64,000 nucleotides of DNA, from positions 528,164-592,163 of the forward strand of contig CAVYOH010000001.1 in the NCBI GenBank assembly GCA_963770085.1, read 5' to 3'. The DNA is from Terriglobia bacterium (GTDB taxonomy: Bacteria; Acidobacteriota; Terriglobia; Terriglobales; Acidobacteriaceae). Position numbers and translations under genes: made by a program. The notes under the pieces were generated by a model, which did no database searches, was not told the DNA's origin, and worked only from the letters and a program-made list of their open reading frames with translations. Shown one piece after another: positions 8,787 to 18,586 of the stretch (its first letter is position 1; the number at the start of each line of letters is the position of its first letter).

Positions 8787-10703
8787 ATGCGCGTGCATTC
8801 GCAAGTTACTGCAGCCGCTTTCTTTTGGGCCCTTTCGATGTCGGCAGCATTTGCCCAAAACCCCGTCACAGGCGGGCCGAACTTCTCTTCAGAGAACACC
8901 AGCGCGACTTCTGAATCTTACCTCGCGCCGAATCCTGATTTTGGCGCTCTTCTGCCTAAAGACTCCAATGCACCCAAGGCGCCGGATGCACAGAGTGAAC
9001 CGGTAACTCCAGCCGTTGAACTTTTCGGCGGCTTTTCCTATCTCCGGTTTAATCCCCGTGTGAACGGCACTGACCAGACTTTTGATGACAATGGCGGCAC
9101 GGGATCCATTGCCGGCAATGTCAATCATTGGCTTGGCCTGGTGGCTGACTTTGGGTTTTACAAAATTGGCGGCAATCTTCAGCCCGGTTCCAGCGGCAGC
9201 GCACAAACATATCTTTTTGGCCCACGGTTTTCGCGTCGTGGTGAACGCTGGACGCTATTTGGCTCCGTACTGTTCGGCTCGGCGCACATGGGGGTGGACA
9301 GCTCTACTCCTCTTGTCGGCAGCTCGAATTTCTTTAACACCAGCGTTCACGCGAATGCGTTCGCTTCAGCTCTGGGCGCTGGCTTGGATTTCAAGCTCAC
9401 GAAACGCGTAGCGTGGCGCGTGGTGCAGGCAGAATATCTGATCACCAAATTCAGAGATGGCAATGACAATCTGCAGAACAACCTGCGGCTGGCTACCGGG
9501 TTGGTGTTCCGCTTCGGCGGTAATCCGCCTCCGAATCATCCGCCGACCATCGCCATTACCACCACGCCGAACACCGTGGTGGAAGCCAGCGGAGACAGCA
9601 CTGTGGTCCAGGCCAAAGCCTCCGATCCGGATAACGATCCGCTAACCTACACATGGTCCGCAACGGGCGGAAAGGTTGAAGGCACCGGCTCAGAGGTTCA
9701 TTGGAACTCACAGGGCGTTGCCCCCGGCAAATACACGATTACAGGCACGGTTGCTGATGGTCGCGGCGGCACAGCCAGTTCTTCGACTGACGTAACCATT
9801 ACGGCGCGTCCGAACCGTCCACCTACCGTGAGCTGCGCCGCATCGCCGGCGACGGCAATTGTGGGCCAGCCGGTGACCGTGACAGCAACCGGCAACGATC
9901 CTGACAACGATCAGCTGACTTATACCTTTGACTCCGGCAGCGGCAAGGTTACCGCGAACGGCGCCACGGGTCAGTTCGACACCACTGGACTTACTCCCGG
10001 ACACTACACGGTGAATTGCCATGCCGACGATGGCAAGGGCGGTAAAGCCGACGGCAGCACGGACATTGAAGTCCAGGCCAAGCCGATTGCTCCGGAGCAG
10101 AAACAGCTTGAAGTGCGCCTGTCACTGCACAGTATTTACTTCCCAACCGCCAAGCCGACGGTGGAGAACCCGACAGGCGGCCTGCTGGATAGCCAGGAGC
10201 GCAGCCTGGTTGCGCTGGCCAGCGACTTCAAGAAGTATCTGGTCTATAAATCGGATGCCCACCTGATTCTGCAAGGTCATGCTGATCCGCGCGGCGGACC
10301 GGATTACAACAAGCTGCTCTCGGATCGTCGCGTGGAACGCACCAAGAGCTTCCTGGTGGAACAGGGAGTTGCTGCTGACCATATCGACACTCAGGGTCTA
10401 GGTGAGGAACAGCCGATGAGCGTGGACCAGGTGAAGCAGGCGATTGATGCCGACACAAACATTACGCCGGAACAGAAGAAACAGCTTGCCGCTAAAGCAA
10501 GCGTGCTTGCTCTGGCGCAGAGCCGTCGCGTTGACGTAACGCTCAGCACCACCGGACAAACCTCAACTCGTCAATTCCCGTTCAACGCTGAGGATGCTCT
10601 CAACCTCATCAACCCGAAGGGAACTGGTACGGCAAAAGCCGGAGCAAAGAAGACTGGCACAACACCAGCAACGAAAAAGAAAGCTCCAACCAAAAAGCAG
10701 TAG
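8787..10703 (+). CDS. OmpA-family outer-membrane protein with two Ig/PKD-like repeats
   Basis: Signal peptide ending AFAQ. N-terminal beta-barrel-like region. Two internal repeats (...ASDPDNDPLTYTW... and ...GNDPDNDQLTYTF...). C-terminal OmpA peptidoglycan-binding domain (GHADPRGGPDYNKLLSDRRV). Confidence 0.85.
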   Translation: MRVHSQVTAAAFFWALSMSAAFAQNPVTGGPNFSSENTSATSESYLAPNPDFGALLPKDSNAPKAPDAQSEPVTPAVELFGGFSYLRFNPRVNGTDQTFDDNGGTGSIAGNVNHWLGLVADFGFYKIGGNLQPGSSGSAQTYLFGPRFSRRGERWTLFGSVLFGSAHMGVDSSTPLVGSSNFFNTSVHANAFASALGAGLDFKLTKRVAWRVVQAEYLITKFRDGNDNLQNNLRLATGLVFRFGGNPPPNHPPTIAITTTPNTVVEASGDSTVVQAKASDPDNDPLTYTWSATGGKVEGTGSEVHWNSQGVAPGKYTITGTVADGRGGTASSSTDVTITARPNRPPTVSCAASPATAIVGQPVTVTATGNDPDNDQLTYTFDSGSGKVTANGATGQFDTTGLTPGHYTVNCHADDGKGGKADGSTDIEVQAKPIAPEQKQLEVRLSLHSIYFPTAKPTVENPTGGLLDSQERSLVALASDFKKYLVYKSDAHLILQGHADPRGGPDYNKLLSDRRVERTKSFLVEQGVAADHIDTQGLGEEQPMSVDQVKQAIDADTNITPEQKKQLAAKASVLALAQSRRVDVTLSTTGQTSTRQFPFNAEDALNLINPKGTGTAKAGAKKTGTTPATKKKAPTKKQ

Positions 10704-10728
10704 GTTGTAGCTTGCAAGTAAAACGAAG

Positions 10729-10758
10729 CGGCAGGCTGATCAGGCCTGCCGTTTTTTT
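10729..10758 (+). terminator. intrinsic terminator after the ompA-like gene
   Basis: An 8-bp GC-rich stem CGGCAGGC / GCCTGCCG with a 7-nt loop, followed by T7. Confidence 0.75.
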
Positions 10759-10806
10759 ACTCTCCTTGAAATACAGATGTCACCCACCTAGCGGTGATGA
10801 GTAAGC

Positions 10807-10913
10807 TAGTCTTGCCGATACAAGAATGCCGCGATCGACCAGTATTTTTAGTCTTGCCAAAGCAAGAATGCTTCGATAGATATGAATGTCTAGTCTGACT
10901 AATGCAAGAATGG
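10807..10913. repeat. three 23-bp palindrome-containing units at exact 42-bp phasing
   Basis: TAGTCTTGCCGATACAAGAATGC (10807), TAGTCTTGCCAAAGCAAGAATGC (10849), TAGTCTGACTAATGCAAGAATGG (10891). Units 1 and 2 contain the inverted repeat TCTTG(C)-N4-6-(G)CAAGA. Confidence 0.8.
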
Positions 10914-11231
10914 CAAGTCGTTGGAGTCATGTAAAGACACGGCCAAACCACACTCAGAGCGTTGCATTAGGTACCGTGCCTACCGGACCACACTCACGAT
11001 GAGGTTGCGTTCATCGGGAAGTAGAAAAATATTTTGCGTCGGACGCAGCGTTACACATCTGCTATGTGTGATAGTATTCTCCGACTTTGTAAGAAGCTCG
11101 CCAAGATCTAGGTCTCCAAAAAAGTAAACACAATAGAACAGTTGTATCGAGCTCTCGGGTACCAGCTTGTGAATTAGTAGTCTGGGTATCGTTATACCAG
11201 TAGCAAAAATTGGTCTATTTTGAGGTCCGCT

Positions 11232-14200
11232 ATGATTACTCTCCTCCCCCGCAAACTTCTACTTGTGCTTTTTGCCGGTTTTTTCTGCCTCTCACAGCAT
11301 GCATCTGCGCAGAATGATGCATCCACACCCGCGGAAACCCAACCTTCTCTACAAGACGACGGGAGTAAGCGGACTGACGCCGATCGGGACGATCCCAATA
11401 GCCGCCTGCAATGGGAACGCGAAACCTGGGGCACCGTAACCGCCACTTTCCGGCAGAATGCAATCAAGGAAGGGAAAAAACACGGTGACAGAAAGCATTC
11501 GGCCGGACCGCAGTGGATAAGCATTGGGCCAGTGGGCGCCGAATACGAGCAGAACGGCAGCTTTACCGGTCACGTGGAAGATAGCGGCCGCGCCCGTACT
11601 ATCCTGCCGCACCCTTCCGATCCAAACATTGTTTATGTGCTGACTTCAGGCGGTGGCCTGTGGCGGACGAACAACTGGATGTCCGCAGACACCCAATGGA
11701 CTGTCCTCACGGATGATCTGCCGACGACCGGTGGCGGATCAGCTGCCTTCGGCAAGAGTCCGGAAACGCTCTATCTGGGACTCGGCGATCCTTTTGATCA
11801 GATTCTAGTCGGCGGCTCCGTGGTGAAATCCAGGGACGGCGGGCGCAACTGGTCACCGATGATCGAACTGGGCAATGCTGTGTCTGTGCGGGATGTAAAG
11901 GTCGACACAAGCACCAGCAAAGACATTGTTTTTGTTGCCACCGAAACCGGATTGTTCGTATCGTCCGACGAAGGCGCCACCTACAATGCGGTACCTGTTT
12001 TTAACAATCTATCTGTGTGGAGCATAGCTCAGACCAGCGCCGGCTGGCTGGTTTCCGCGCAGCCATGCCCCGCGGCCAACACGGGACTTCAATGCCCGTC
12101 CGCTACAACCTTGTTCCTGTCAACCGATCAGGGCGCAACCTGGGCTCCCATCAGCAACACTGGAAATGTATTCACAGGTAACGGACGCACAACTCTTGCA
12201 GTTGCGAAACCGGGCGAGAGCGTGGTTTACGCTTATTCGAGCAACGTGGGCGATTTACAAATGCAGGACGTGTATCGCTCCGCGGATGGCGGACAGACCT
12301 GGGTCGCCAATCATGTGAACTCCACCAAGATTCCCACCAACCCCGTTGCTGGGAGCGTGGACAACATGAATGTCTGCCACGCCCAGTGCTGGTATGACCA
12401 GTCAATCCTTGTGGATCCGCAGGACCCCAATCGCAACACAGTATGGATTGGCGGCGATCTTGCCGCGGCGCGAACCGCTGACGGCGGAGCGACCTGGACC
12501 CTCAAAACGTTCTGGCTTTATAGCGCGGTCCCTGGCCTGCCATACGCCCATGCCGATCACCATGCAGCGTTCTACAAGATGACCGGAACTCCTACCTTGA
12601 TTCTTGGTGACGACGGCGGTTTCAACGTCAGCACAGACGATGGAGCTACGTTCAGTAGTGACAAGAACACTGGGTTGACTACGCATCTTTACTATACGGT
12701 TGCCGGCAATCCCGCCTTACCGAACCTGGTAATCGGTGGCTTGCAGGATAATGGCACCCGCATCCGTACTGACAACGGTAAGATCCATAACCAGGTGATT
12801 GGCGGCGACGGCATGGGTGCAGCTTACAGCCAGGCCAACACGAATACTGTGCTGGGCAGCGCACAAGGTTCGTCCATGCGCACCAACCTCACTAACACGG
12901 CTCCCACAAATTTCCAGAACTGGGCGGCGGCTACCGCGGGACTTTCTGACGTCGGCTTTGGCTTCTTCACATCCATTACCCCTGCTCCAGCAAACCTGGA
13001 TCCCACCGGACGCGTGTTCTTCCACTTCTCCAACGCACGCGTATGGCGCACGAACAATGGTGGATTGACCTGGACGAGAATCGCCTCTGCTATCGCGCCC
13101 ACCAGTCCGGGTCTTCCGGTGGCTCGGCGCTTCCGTTCGAGCCCAGATGACCTCGGCGTAAGCCCCGTCGATTTGAACCGCATTGCTGTAGGAGCCGCTG
13201 GAGGGTTCCTGGATATAACCACCAATGGTGGCGCCACCTGGACTGACATCAACATGATTGCACTGGTGCCTGGTTATCAAGGCTTTGTCACAAACGTAAC
13301 CTGGCAGGACAACCAGAACCTTTGGATCACCTCAGTTGCACAGGCTCCGGGATCGTCTCGAGTCGTCAAAGCTTCGATCGCTAACCCGGGAGACAGCTGG
13401 TCAACTGCAACCTTCAGCGTATTGCAGAATGGTTTGCCCGATCTGCCGGTTACCCGCGTTTACATCGATCCGCGTGACACAACTAAGAACACCGTGTATG
13501 CAGCCACTCACGTCGGCATCTATCGCACGGTAGATGGCGGCAATTCATGGTCTGTGTTTGGTACGGGTCTTCCGACGGTTCGCGTCAATGATATTTACAT
13601 GCCGCCGGATGGATCGTTTATGCGCATTGCAACCTATGGGCGTGGAATCTGGGAGCTTCCGCAGATCGAGTTTGTAGATGCAGTCCTCACCGATGACAGG
13701 CGTTCCTGCGACAATGACGGTGTACTTGATAACGGTGAGACCGGAAGCCTCAACGTCACTCTCCAAAACCAGGGCGAAGAAGTGAATAACGTCATGGTTT
13801 CCGTAACGTCGAGCAATCCAGCGGTTACGTTCCCGCGTGGCAATTCCATTAAGTTCGGCATAGGACGAAATCGCTCAAACACTGGATCAATTACCGTGGC
13901 CCTCAACGGAGCGGCGCCGGTTGATTCCACTGATTTCCACATCACCATCAGCTCACCAGAACTCAGTCTGCCGAGCGGCCTGAGCGTGGTATCAACCCAG
14001 CGCCTCAACTATGACGAACAGACAGCTGCTTCAACCACAGAATCCGTTGAAGCTTCCACCACTGGCTGGACCACTGCCGGTGGCTCACCCGAGCGTCCGA
14101 ACGTGAATCCATGGCAGCGCCGCACGCTCTCAGCGCTGGATCACGTATGGTGGGGACCGGACAATAACGGTCAGAACGATGACGTGAAGGACTCAATCCC

Positions 14201-14645
14201 CGATGAGCAGTCCCTCATCTCACCGAGCATGCATGTTGGTACCGATCCTTTGACAATTTCATTCCGCCATCGCTTCTCATTTGAAGCCACCGGCTGGGAT
14301 GGCGGTGTCGTTGAGCTCAGCACCGATAATGGCGCTAGCTGGACCGATATAGGCACTTCTGCGTACAACGGTTCAACCAATAGCGTTACTGCTTCTCCGC
14401 TCGGGACCAACCATAAGGCCTTCGTGAATCGCATGGTTGGCTGGCCGGCCTTTGCTAACGTGAGCTTGAATCTTGGCACGGCATTTGCCGGACAGGACAT
14501 CAAGATCAGGTTCCGCATCGGCGCGGATGAGTCTACCGGCGCACCCGGCTGGGATGTTGACGATATCAGCGTTGGCGGCATCACGAACAAGCCGTTCTCA
14601 GCGCTGGTACCGAACGCATGCACAGTGAAGGCGGACAAAGACTAA
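11232..14645 (+). CDS. large secreted BNR/Asp-box repeat protein (sialidase/sortilin-VPS10-like beta-propeller)
   Basis: Signal peptide MITLLPRKLLLVLFAGFFCLSQHASA. At least 10 Asp-box motifs SxDxGxTW (SRDGGRNW, STDQGATW, SADGGQTW, TADGGATW, TVDGGNSW, STDNGASW...). ATG 11232 preferred over TTG 11220. Confidence 0.8.
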   Translation: MITLLPRKLLLVLFAGFFCLSQHASAQNDASTPAETQPSLQDDGSKRTDADRDDPNSRLQWERETWGTVTATFRQNAIKEGKKHGDRKHSAGPQWISIGPVGAEYEQNGSFTGHVEDSGRARTILPHPSDPNIVYVLTSGGGLWRTNNWMSADTQWTVLTDDLPTTGGGSAAFGKSPETLYLGLGDPFDQILVGGSVVKSRDGGRNWSPMIELGNAVSVRDVKVDTSTSKDIVFVATETGLFVSSDEGATYNAVPVFNNLSVWSIAQTSAGWLVSAQPCPAANTGLQCPSATTLFLSTDQGATWAPISNTGNVFTGNGRTTLAVAKPGESVVYAYSSNVGDLQMQDVYRSADGGQTWVANHVNSTKIPTNPVAGSVDNMNVCHAQCWYDQSILVDPQDPNRNTVWIGGDLAAARTADGGATWTLKTFWLYSAVPGLPYAHADHHAAFYKMTGTPTLILGDDGGFNVSTDDGATFSSDKNTGLTTHLYYTVAGNPALPNLVIGGLQDNGTRIRTDNGKIHNQVIGGDGMGAAYSQANTNTVLGSAQGSSMRTNLTNTAPTNFQNWAAATAGLSDVGFGFFTSITPAPANLDPTGRVFFHFSNARVWRTNNGGLTWTRIASAIAPTSPGLPVARRFRSSPDDLGVSPVDLNRIAVGAAGGFLDITTNGGATWTDINMIALVPGYQGFVTNVTWQDNQNLWITSVAQAPGSSRVVKASIANPGDSWSTATFSVLQNGLPDLPVTRVYIDPRDTTKNTVYAATHVGIYRTVDGGNSWSVFGTGLPTVRVNDIYMPPDGSFMRIATYGRGIWELPQIEFVDAVLTDDRRSCDNDGVLDNGETGSLNVTLQNQGEEVNNVMVSVTSSNPAVTFPRGNSIKFGIGRNRSNTGSITVALNGAAPVDSTDFHITISSPELSLPSGLSVVSTQRLNYDEQTAASTTESVEASTTGWTTAGGSPERPNVNPWQRRTLSALDHVWWGPDNNGQNDDVKDSIPDEQSLISPSMHVGTDPLTISFRHRFSFEATGWDGGVVELSTDNGASWTDIGTSAYNGSTNSVTASPLGTNHKAFVNRMVGWPAFANVSLNLGTAFAGQDIKIRFRIGADESTGAPGWDVDDISVGGITNKPFSALVPNACTVKADKD

Positions 14646-14673
14646 CTTTGCAGGCTCACAAGTGAGCTATTTC

Positions 14674-14703
14674 GGGTCCCGCCCAAGCGGGGCCCCTTTT
14701 TTT
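14674..14703 (+). terminator. intrinsic terminator after the BNR gene
   Basis: Stem GGGTCCCGC / GCGGGGCCC with loop CCAA, then C and T7. Confidence 0.8.
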
Positions 14704-14740
14704 AGTGAAAGCATTAGACTGGTTAAAGTGGAGGCTGGCT

Positions 14741-15244
14741 ATGATTTTTGCAATGCTCCTGGTTCTTGTTCTTTCCTCACCGGGACAAAAGGTGGGACCA
14801 CCCAATACGCCAGCGGGAGAAAACCCACAATCAGGCTGGACAGCCACTGAAATTCCCAATCTCGAAACGATGGCTATCTCCGCTGATCCGGGTTCTGAAG
14901 CAGTGGTGACGACCAGATTGCGCGCAACGCGCAAAGTATGTATGCCGGCACATTCGCATCCCGTGGACGAGCAGCTGACGGTGGTGAAAGGGAAGGTGTC
15001 CTTGGAGCCAGCTAAAGATCACGCGGGCGAAAGGCGCCAAGTTGAAACGGGCGAGAGTGTGGTTCTGAAAAGCGGAGCAGAGTATTCGGTATCACTCGAT
15101 GCCGGAACGGAAATAGAGCTTCGTGGAAAAGGCCCGCTCGTGACCTCATGGGCAGATCCTGCGGCTGTCAGAGCGATGAAGCAGCACCCGGTCGACAGCG
15201 ATAGCGACCGCACAAAGATGAAGAAGGAACAAGACAAGAAATAA
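14741..15244 (+). CDS. secreted cupin-domain protein
   Basis: GGAGG before ATG 14741. Signal peptide MIFAMLLVLVLSSPG. Cupin metal motif HSHPVDEQLTVVKG. Confidence 0.6.
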   Translation: MIFAMLLVLVLSSPGQKVGPPNTPAGENPQSGWTATEIPNLETMAISADPGSEAVVTTRLRATRKVCMPAHSHPVDEQLTVVKGKVSLEPAKDHAGERRQVETGESVVLKSGAEYSVSLDAGTEIELRGKGPLVTSWADPAAVRAMKQHPVDSDSDRTKMKKEQDKK

Positions 15245-15279
15245 AGCCTGTGGATCTTTCCTGTACAAGACCACAAGAA

Positions 15280-15368
15280 TGGTGCCGGGAGGGGGACTTG
15301 AACCCCCACAACCATTGCTGGTCTGCGGATTTTAAGTCCGCTGCGTCTGCCAGTTTCGCCATCCCGGC
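15280..15368 (-). tRNA. tRNA-Leu (anticodon UAA), CCA encoded
   Basis: Minus-strand sequence GCCGGGATGGCGAAACTGGCAGACGCAGCGGACTTAAAATCCGCAGACCAGCAATGGTTGTGGGGGTTCAAGTCCCCCTCCCGGCACCA folds as a class II cloverleaf. Anticodon loop is CTTAAAA and the variable arm is long. Confidence 0.95.
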
Positions 15369-15410
15369 CCGTGGAATTATTTATTGTATTCTAACGGCTT
15401 ACTTGTCGCG

Positions 15411-17198
15411 CTAACCGACCGGGGCGGTCTCTATGGGATGAGGTTCCTGGTACAGCTCTTCAATCTGCTGTTTGTATTTCTGTTCGATCACGCGGCGCTT
15501 TAGTTTAAGTGTGGGAGTAATTTCGCCACCGGCGACAGTGAATTCATCGGGGACAATCACGATCTTCTTGATGCTTTCAAACTGGGCCAGTTTCTTATTC
15601 AGATCTCCGACGATTCCGCGATATAGACTGCGCACTTTCTCGTTGGCTACCAATTCTTCGCGGTTCTTGAAGTTCAGGCTCTGCACACGCGCCCAGTCTT
15701 CCAGGAGAGGAAAATGGGGCGAGATGATGACCGACGCATACTTTCTCCGGTCGCCAATAATGGCTGCCTGGGCTATCAGCACGTTCGCTTTCAAAGCATT
15801 TTCAATCGGTTGCGGTGCAATAAACTTCCCGCCTGAGGTTTTGATCAGATCTTTCTTGCGATCCGTGATGCTGAGGAAGCCTTCGTTATCGATCTGGCCG
15901 ATATCGCCGGTCTTGAACCAACCATCAGTGAAAGAGGCGCGCGTTTCATCGGGCATGTTCCAGTAGCCCTGAAACACGGTGGGGCCTTTTACCAGAATCT
16001 CGCCGTCCTCGGCGATCTTTACTTCGAGTTCCGGGTAGATCTTGCCGACAGATCCAATCTTGATATCGCCCTTGCGGTTCACAGAAATTACGGGCGAAGT
16101 TTCCGTCAGGCCATAGCCCTCAAAGATGGGTATGCCCATACAGACGAACCACTCTGCAATGTCATAACCCAGGGGCGCGCCGCCGGAAAAATAGACGCGA
16201 CTATTCCCGCCAAAGCCCTGGCGGATGCGCGAGTACACCAGACGCTCGGCCAGACGCCACATGGCGTTACCGGGCCTTGTCCCGTCCGTGATTTCTTTCT
16301 TATGTCCTTCACCCACGCGCAAGGCCCACTGCAATATCCTGCGATTTAATCCACGCGCTGCGCGCCGCTCCACTTCCTGACGGATCTTTTCATACACACG
16401 CGGGACGGCAACAATAATCGTCGGCTTTACTTCCTGAAACATCATGGGCAGCTGATCAAAGATAGGGCAGTAGGCGATCAGCACCGAGTTGAGGTAACAG
16501 ACATAATCAAGATGCCGCGCGGTTACGTGGGACAAGGGCAGAAAGGAAAGGTAGATATCATTATCAAGCCACTCTGCGGCCTTGGACGCCATGACCGCAT
16601 TCGAAGTCAGATTCGAATGCGTGAGCATTACACCCTTAGACGTTCCGGTGGTGCCGGACGTATAGATCAAAGTTGCCAGATCGCCTGGCTGGACAGCATG
16701 TGCACGCTCTTCAAACTCTGCATCGTGTTCGGTGGACGCCTGGTTCAACAATCCCCACATGGGGATAACGTTGATCTCAGCGACATCATCCATCACCACT
16801 ATTTTTTCAATCTTGGTCTGGCTGAGGATGCTTTGGACTTTCTTCAACTGCTCTTCGGTGGATACGCACACCACGCGAGCGCCGGAGTTTTGCAACACAT
16901 ACAAAGTCTGGTCGGCGGTTAGCGTCGCGTAGATGGGTACGTCCGCAATGCCACTGGTGACGCAGGCAAAATCCACGATCATCCACTCAGGCCGGTTCTC
17001 GCTCAGTATGGCTACGCGATCACCTTTTTGGATGCCCCAGGATTTAAAGGTCCGCGACATGGCCGCTACATAGCCGTAAAGTTGACGCGAGGAAAGCACC
17101 AGCCAACCACTACCGCGCTTGACCATGACATGGCGTTCCTTATCGCGCGCTACGGAAGCAAAGAAGATGTCCGCCAGAGTTCTTATTTCCATACTCAA
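15411..17198 (-). CDS. long-chain fatty acid-CoA ligase (AMP-dependent synthetase)
   Basis: 595 aa. AMP-binding motif YTSGTTGTSKGV, then GYGLTETS and TGDIG motifs. Confidence 0.9.
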   Translation of the reverse strand: MSMEIRTLADIFFASVARDKERHVMVKRGSGWLVLSSRQLYGYVAAMSRTFKSWGIQKGDRVAILSENRPEWMIVDFACVTSGIADVPIYATLTADQTLYVLQNSGARVVCVSTEEQLKKVQSILSQTKIEKIVVMDDVAEINVIPMWGLLNQASTEHDAEFEERAHAVQPGDLATLIYTSGTTGTSKGVMLTHSNLTSNAVMASKAAEWLDNDIYLSFLPLSHVTARHLDYVCYLNSVLIAYCPIFDQLPMMFQEVKPTIIVAVPRVYEKIRQEVERRAARGLNRRILQWALRVGEGHKKEITDGTRPGNAMWRLAERLVYSRIRQGFGGNSRVYFSGGAPLGYDIAEWFVCMGIPIFEGYGLTETSPVISVNRKGDIKIGSVGKIYPELEVKIAEDGEILVKGPTVFQGYWNMPDETRASFTDGWFKTGDIGQIDNEGFLSITDRKKDLIKTSGGKFIAPQPIENALKANVLIAQAAIIGDRRKYASVIISPHFPLLEDWARVQSLNFKNREELVANEKVRSLYRGIVGDLNKKLAQFESIKKIVIVPDEFTVAGGEITPTLKLKRRVIEQKYKQQIEELYQEPHPIETAPVG

Positions 17199-17815
17199 GA
17201 GCCCGCTTCCACGCCTTTCAAAACAATCGAGACCACCGAATCAGCCAGACTGGAAAGATGATGGTCCCGGTCAGAAAGGATCCACGAGGTAACTATCTCA
17301 TCCACTGCGCCAAAGAAGCAATGCGCGGCAATGGTGACGGAAAGGTCAGCACGAAAGGCACCGGTCGCTTGTCCTTCCCGCAAAACGCCTTTGATGAGAT
17401 CGAAATATTCCACCATCAGGTTGTGGGAGAACTGACCAAGAAACTTGGCGCTATGGCGAAGTTCGGTCTGAAATACGATGGCCAGGTTGCGGTTGTTGCC
17501 AAGGCCTTCCAGATGCAGGAACGCTATTCGCCGCAGCTTTTCACGCTGGTCATCGATTTCATTGAGGGCAGCCTTGGCCCGGCGAATGAAGCGATGGAAG
17601 GCCGAATCAATCGCGGCCATCAGGAGTTCGTCTTTATTCTTGAAGTAAAGATAGATGGTGCCATCGGCGACGCCGGCCCGGTCGGCAATTTCGGCCACAC
17701 GGGAGTGGAAAAAGCCATGTTCGGCAATCACTTCAATGGCAGCATCCAGAATGCGCTGGTGCTTGTCTGACGTTCCGTTCGCGGTTTTGGGAGTCGTGGC
17801 TGAAGGACGTTTCAC
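17195..17815 (-). CDS. TetR-family transcriptional regulator
   Basis: N-terminal TetR HTH ILDAAIEVIAEHGFFHSRVAEIADRAGVADGTIYLYF. 4-nt overlap with the downstream acyl-CoA ligase gene. Confidence 0.85.
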   Translation of the reverse strand: MKRPSATTPKTANGTSDKHQRILDAAIEVIAEHGFFHSRVAEIADRAGVADGTIYLYFKNKDELLMAAIDSAFHRFIRRAKAALNEIDDQREKLRRIAFLHLEGLGNNRNLAIVFQTELRHSAKFLGQFSHNLMVEYFDLIKGVLREGQATGAFRADLSVTIAAHCFFGAVDEIVTSWILSDRDHHLSSLADSVVSIVLKGVEAGS

Positions 17816-17883
17816 GGCAAGACGTAGAATCTACTTGGATTTGCAAGGATTGGCAACGTCAAAGTTAAGGCGTTCATGCGATA

Positions 17884-18567
17884 TTAATCCGAGGGAGTCG
17901 TCTCAATCGGGTGGCGATCAAGCCATTGCAGGAATTCCCGAAAGGCGTTGCCGCGGTGGCTATGTTGACGTTTTTCCTCCAGCGGCAGCTCAGCAAAGGT
18001 CTTTTCCAGTGCCGGGAAGTAAAACAGCGGATCATAGCCAAAACCGCCAGTTCCTCGGGGTTGGGTGAGCATTTTGCCGGCGACCTCACCCTGGAAGGTC
18101 TGGATGGTCTTTCCATCGCGTGCGATGGCAATTACACATACGTATTTCCCGCTGTGACCGTCATCCGAATAGGGAAGCCGCTGCAGTTGTTTGATCAAAG
18201 CGGCATTGTTGGCGTCGTCATCAGAATTCTGGTGCGTAGAGACATCGTAGCCGCCAGCAAGTTGAGCGGCGTATCGGGCGGAATAGACTCCAGGCGCGCC
18301 GCCAAGTGCGTCCACGGCCAGGCCGGAATCTTCGGCCAAAACCAGCTCTCCCGGTGCTGCCAGGCTGTAATATTCGGCCTTGATGATGGCGTTGGCCTCA
18401 AAGGTGTCGCCATCTTCCACGGGTATCTTAAGTCCAGCCACCAGTTCGGCCATTCCTGGCAGAGTCTCGATCGACAAGCCCTGGTTGAGCGCCACGGCGG
18501 CCTCGCGGAACTCCCTTAACTTACCCGGGTTGGTGGTGGCGATGTAGATCCGCGGCTGGCCTGGCAT
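17884..18567 (-). CDS. rdgB: non-canonical purine NTP pyrophosphatase (RdgB/HAM1)
   Basis: YIATTNPGKLREF at the N-terminus, then GFGYDPLF and SHRG motifs. Confidence 0.9.
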   Translation of the reverse strand: MPGQPRIYIATTNPGKLREFREAAVALNQGLSIETLPGMAELVAGLKIPVEDGDTFEANAIIKAEYYSLAAPGELVLAEDSGLAVDALGGAPGVYSARYAAQLAGGYDVSTHQNSDDDANNAALIKQLQRLPYSDDGHSGKYVCVIAIARDGKTIQTFQGEVAGKMLTQPRGTGGFGYDPLFYFPALEKTFAELPLEEKRQHSHRGNAFREFLQWLDRHPIETTPSD

Positions 18568-18586
18568 CTTCCTACCATCCTAATGG

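Noticed and set aside
8482-9006. Plus-strand 174-aa ORF bridging the 8130 gene and the ompA-like gene.
   Set aside because: Arg/Cys/Pro-rich with no ribosome-binding site. It overlaps the well-supported ompA-like start and signal peptide in another frame.
10807-10913. Short repeat arrays (10807, 33347, 37701, 46864) considered as CRISPR arrays.
   Set aside because: Only three units each, with spacers absent or too short (0-19 nt). No cas genes are present and the repeats are imperfect.
11236-14638. Many 60-190-aa ORFs on both strands inside the BNR protein gene (for example 12717..13280 and 12824..13255).
   Set aside because: They overlap a 1137-aa ORF with about 10 Asp-box motifs and have no independent start signals or motifs.
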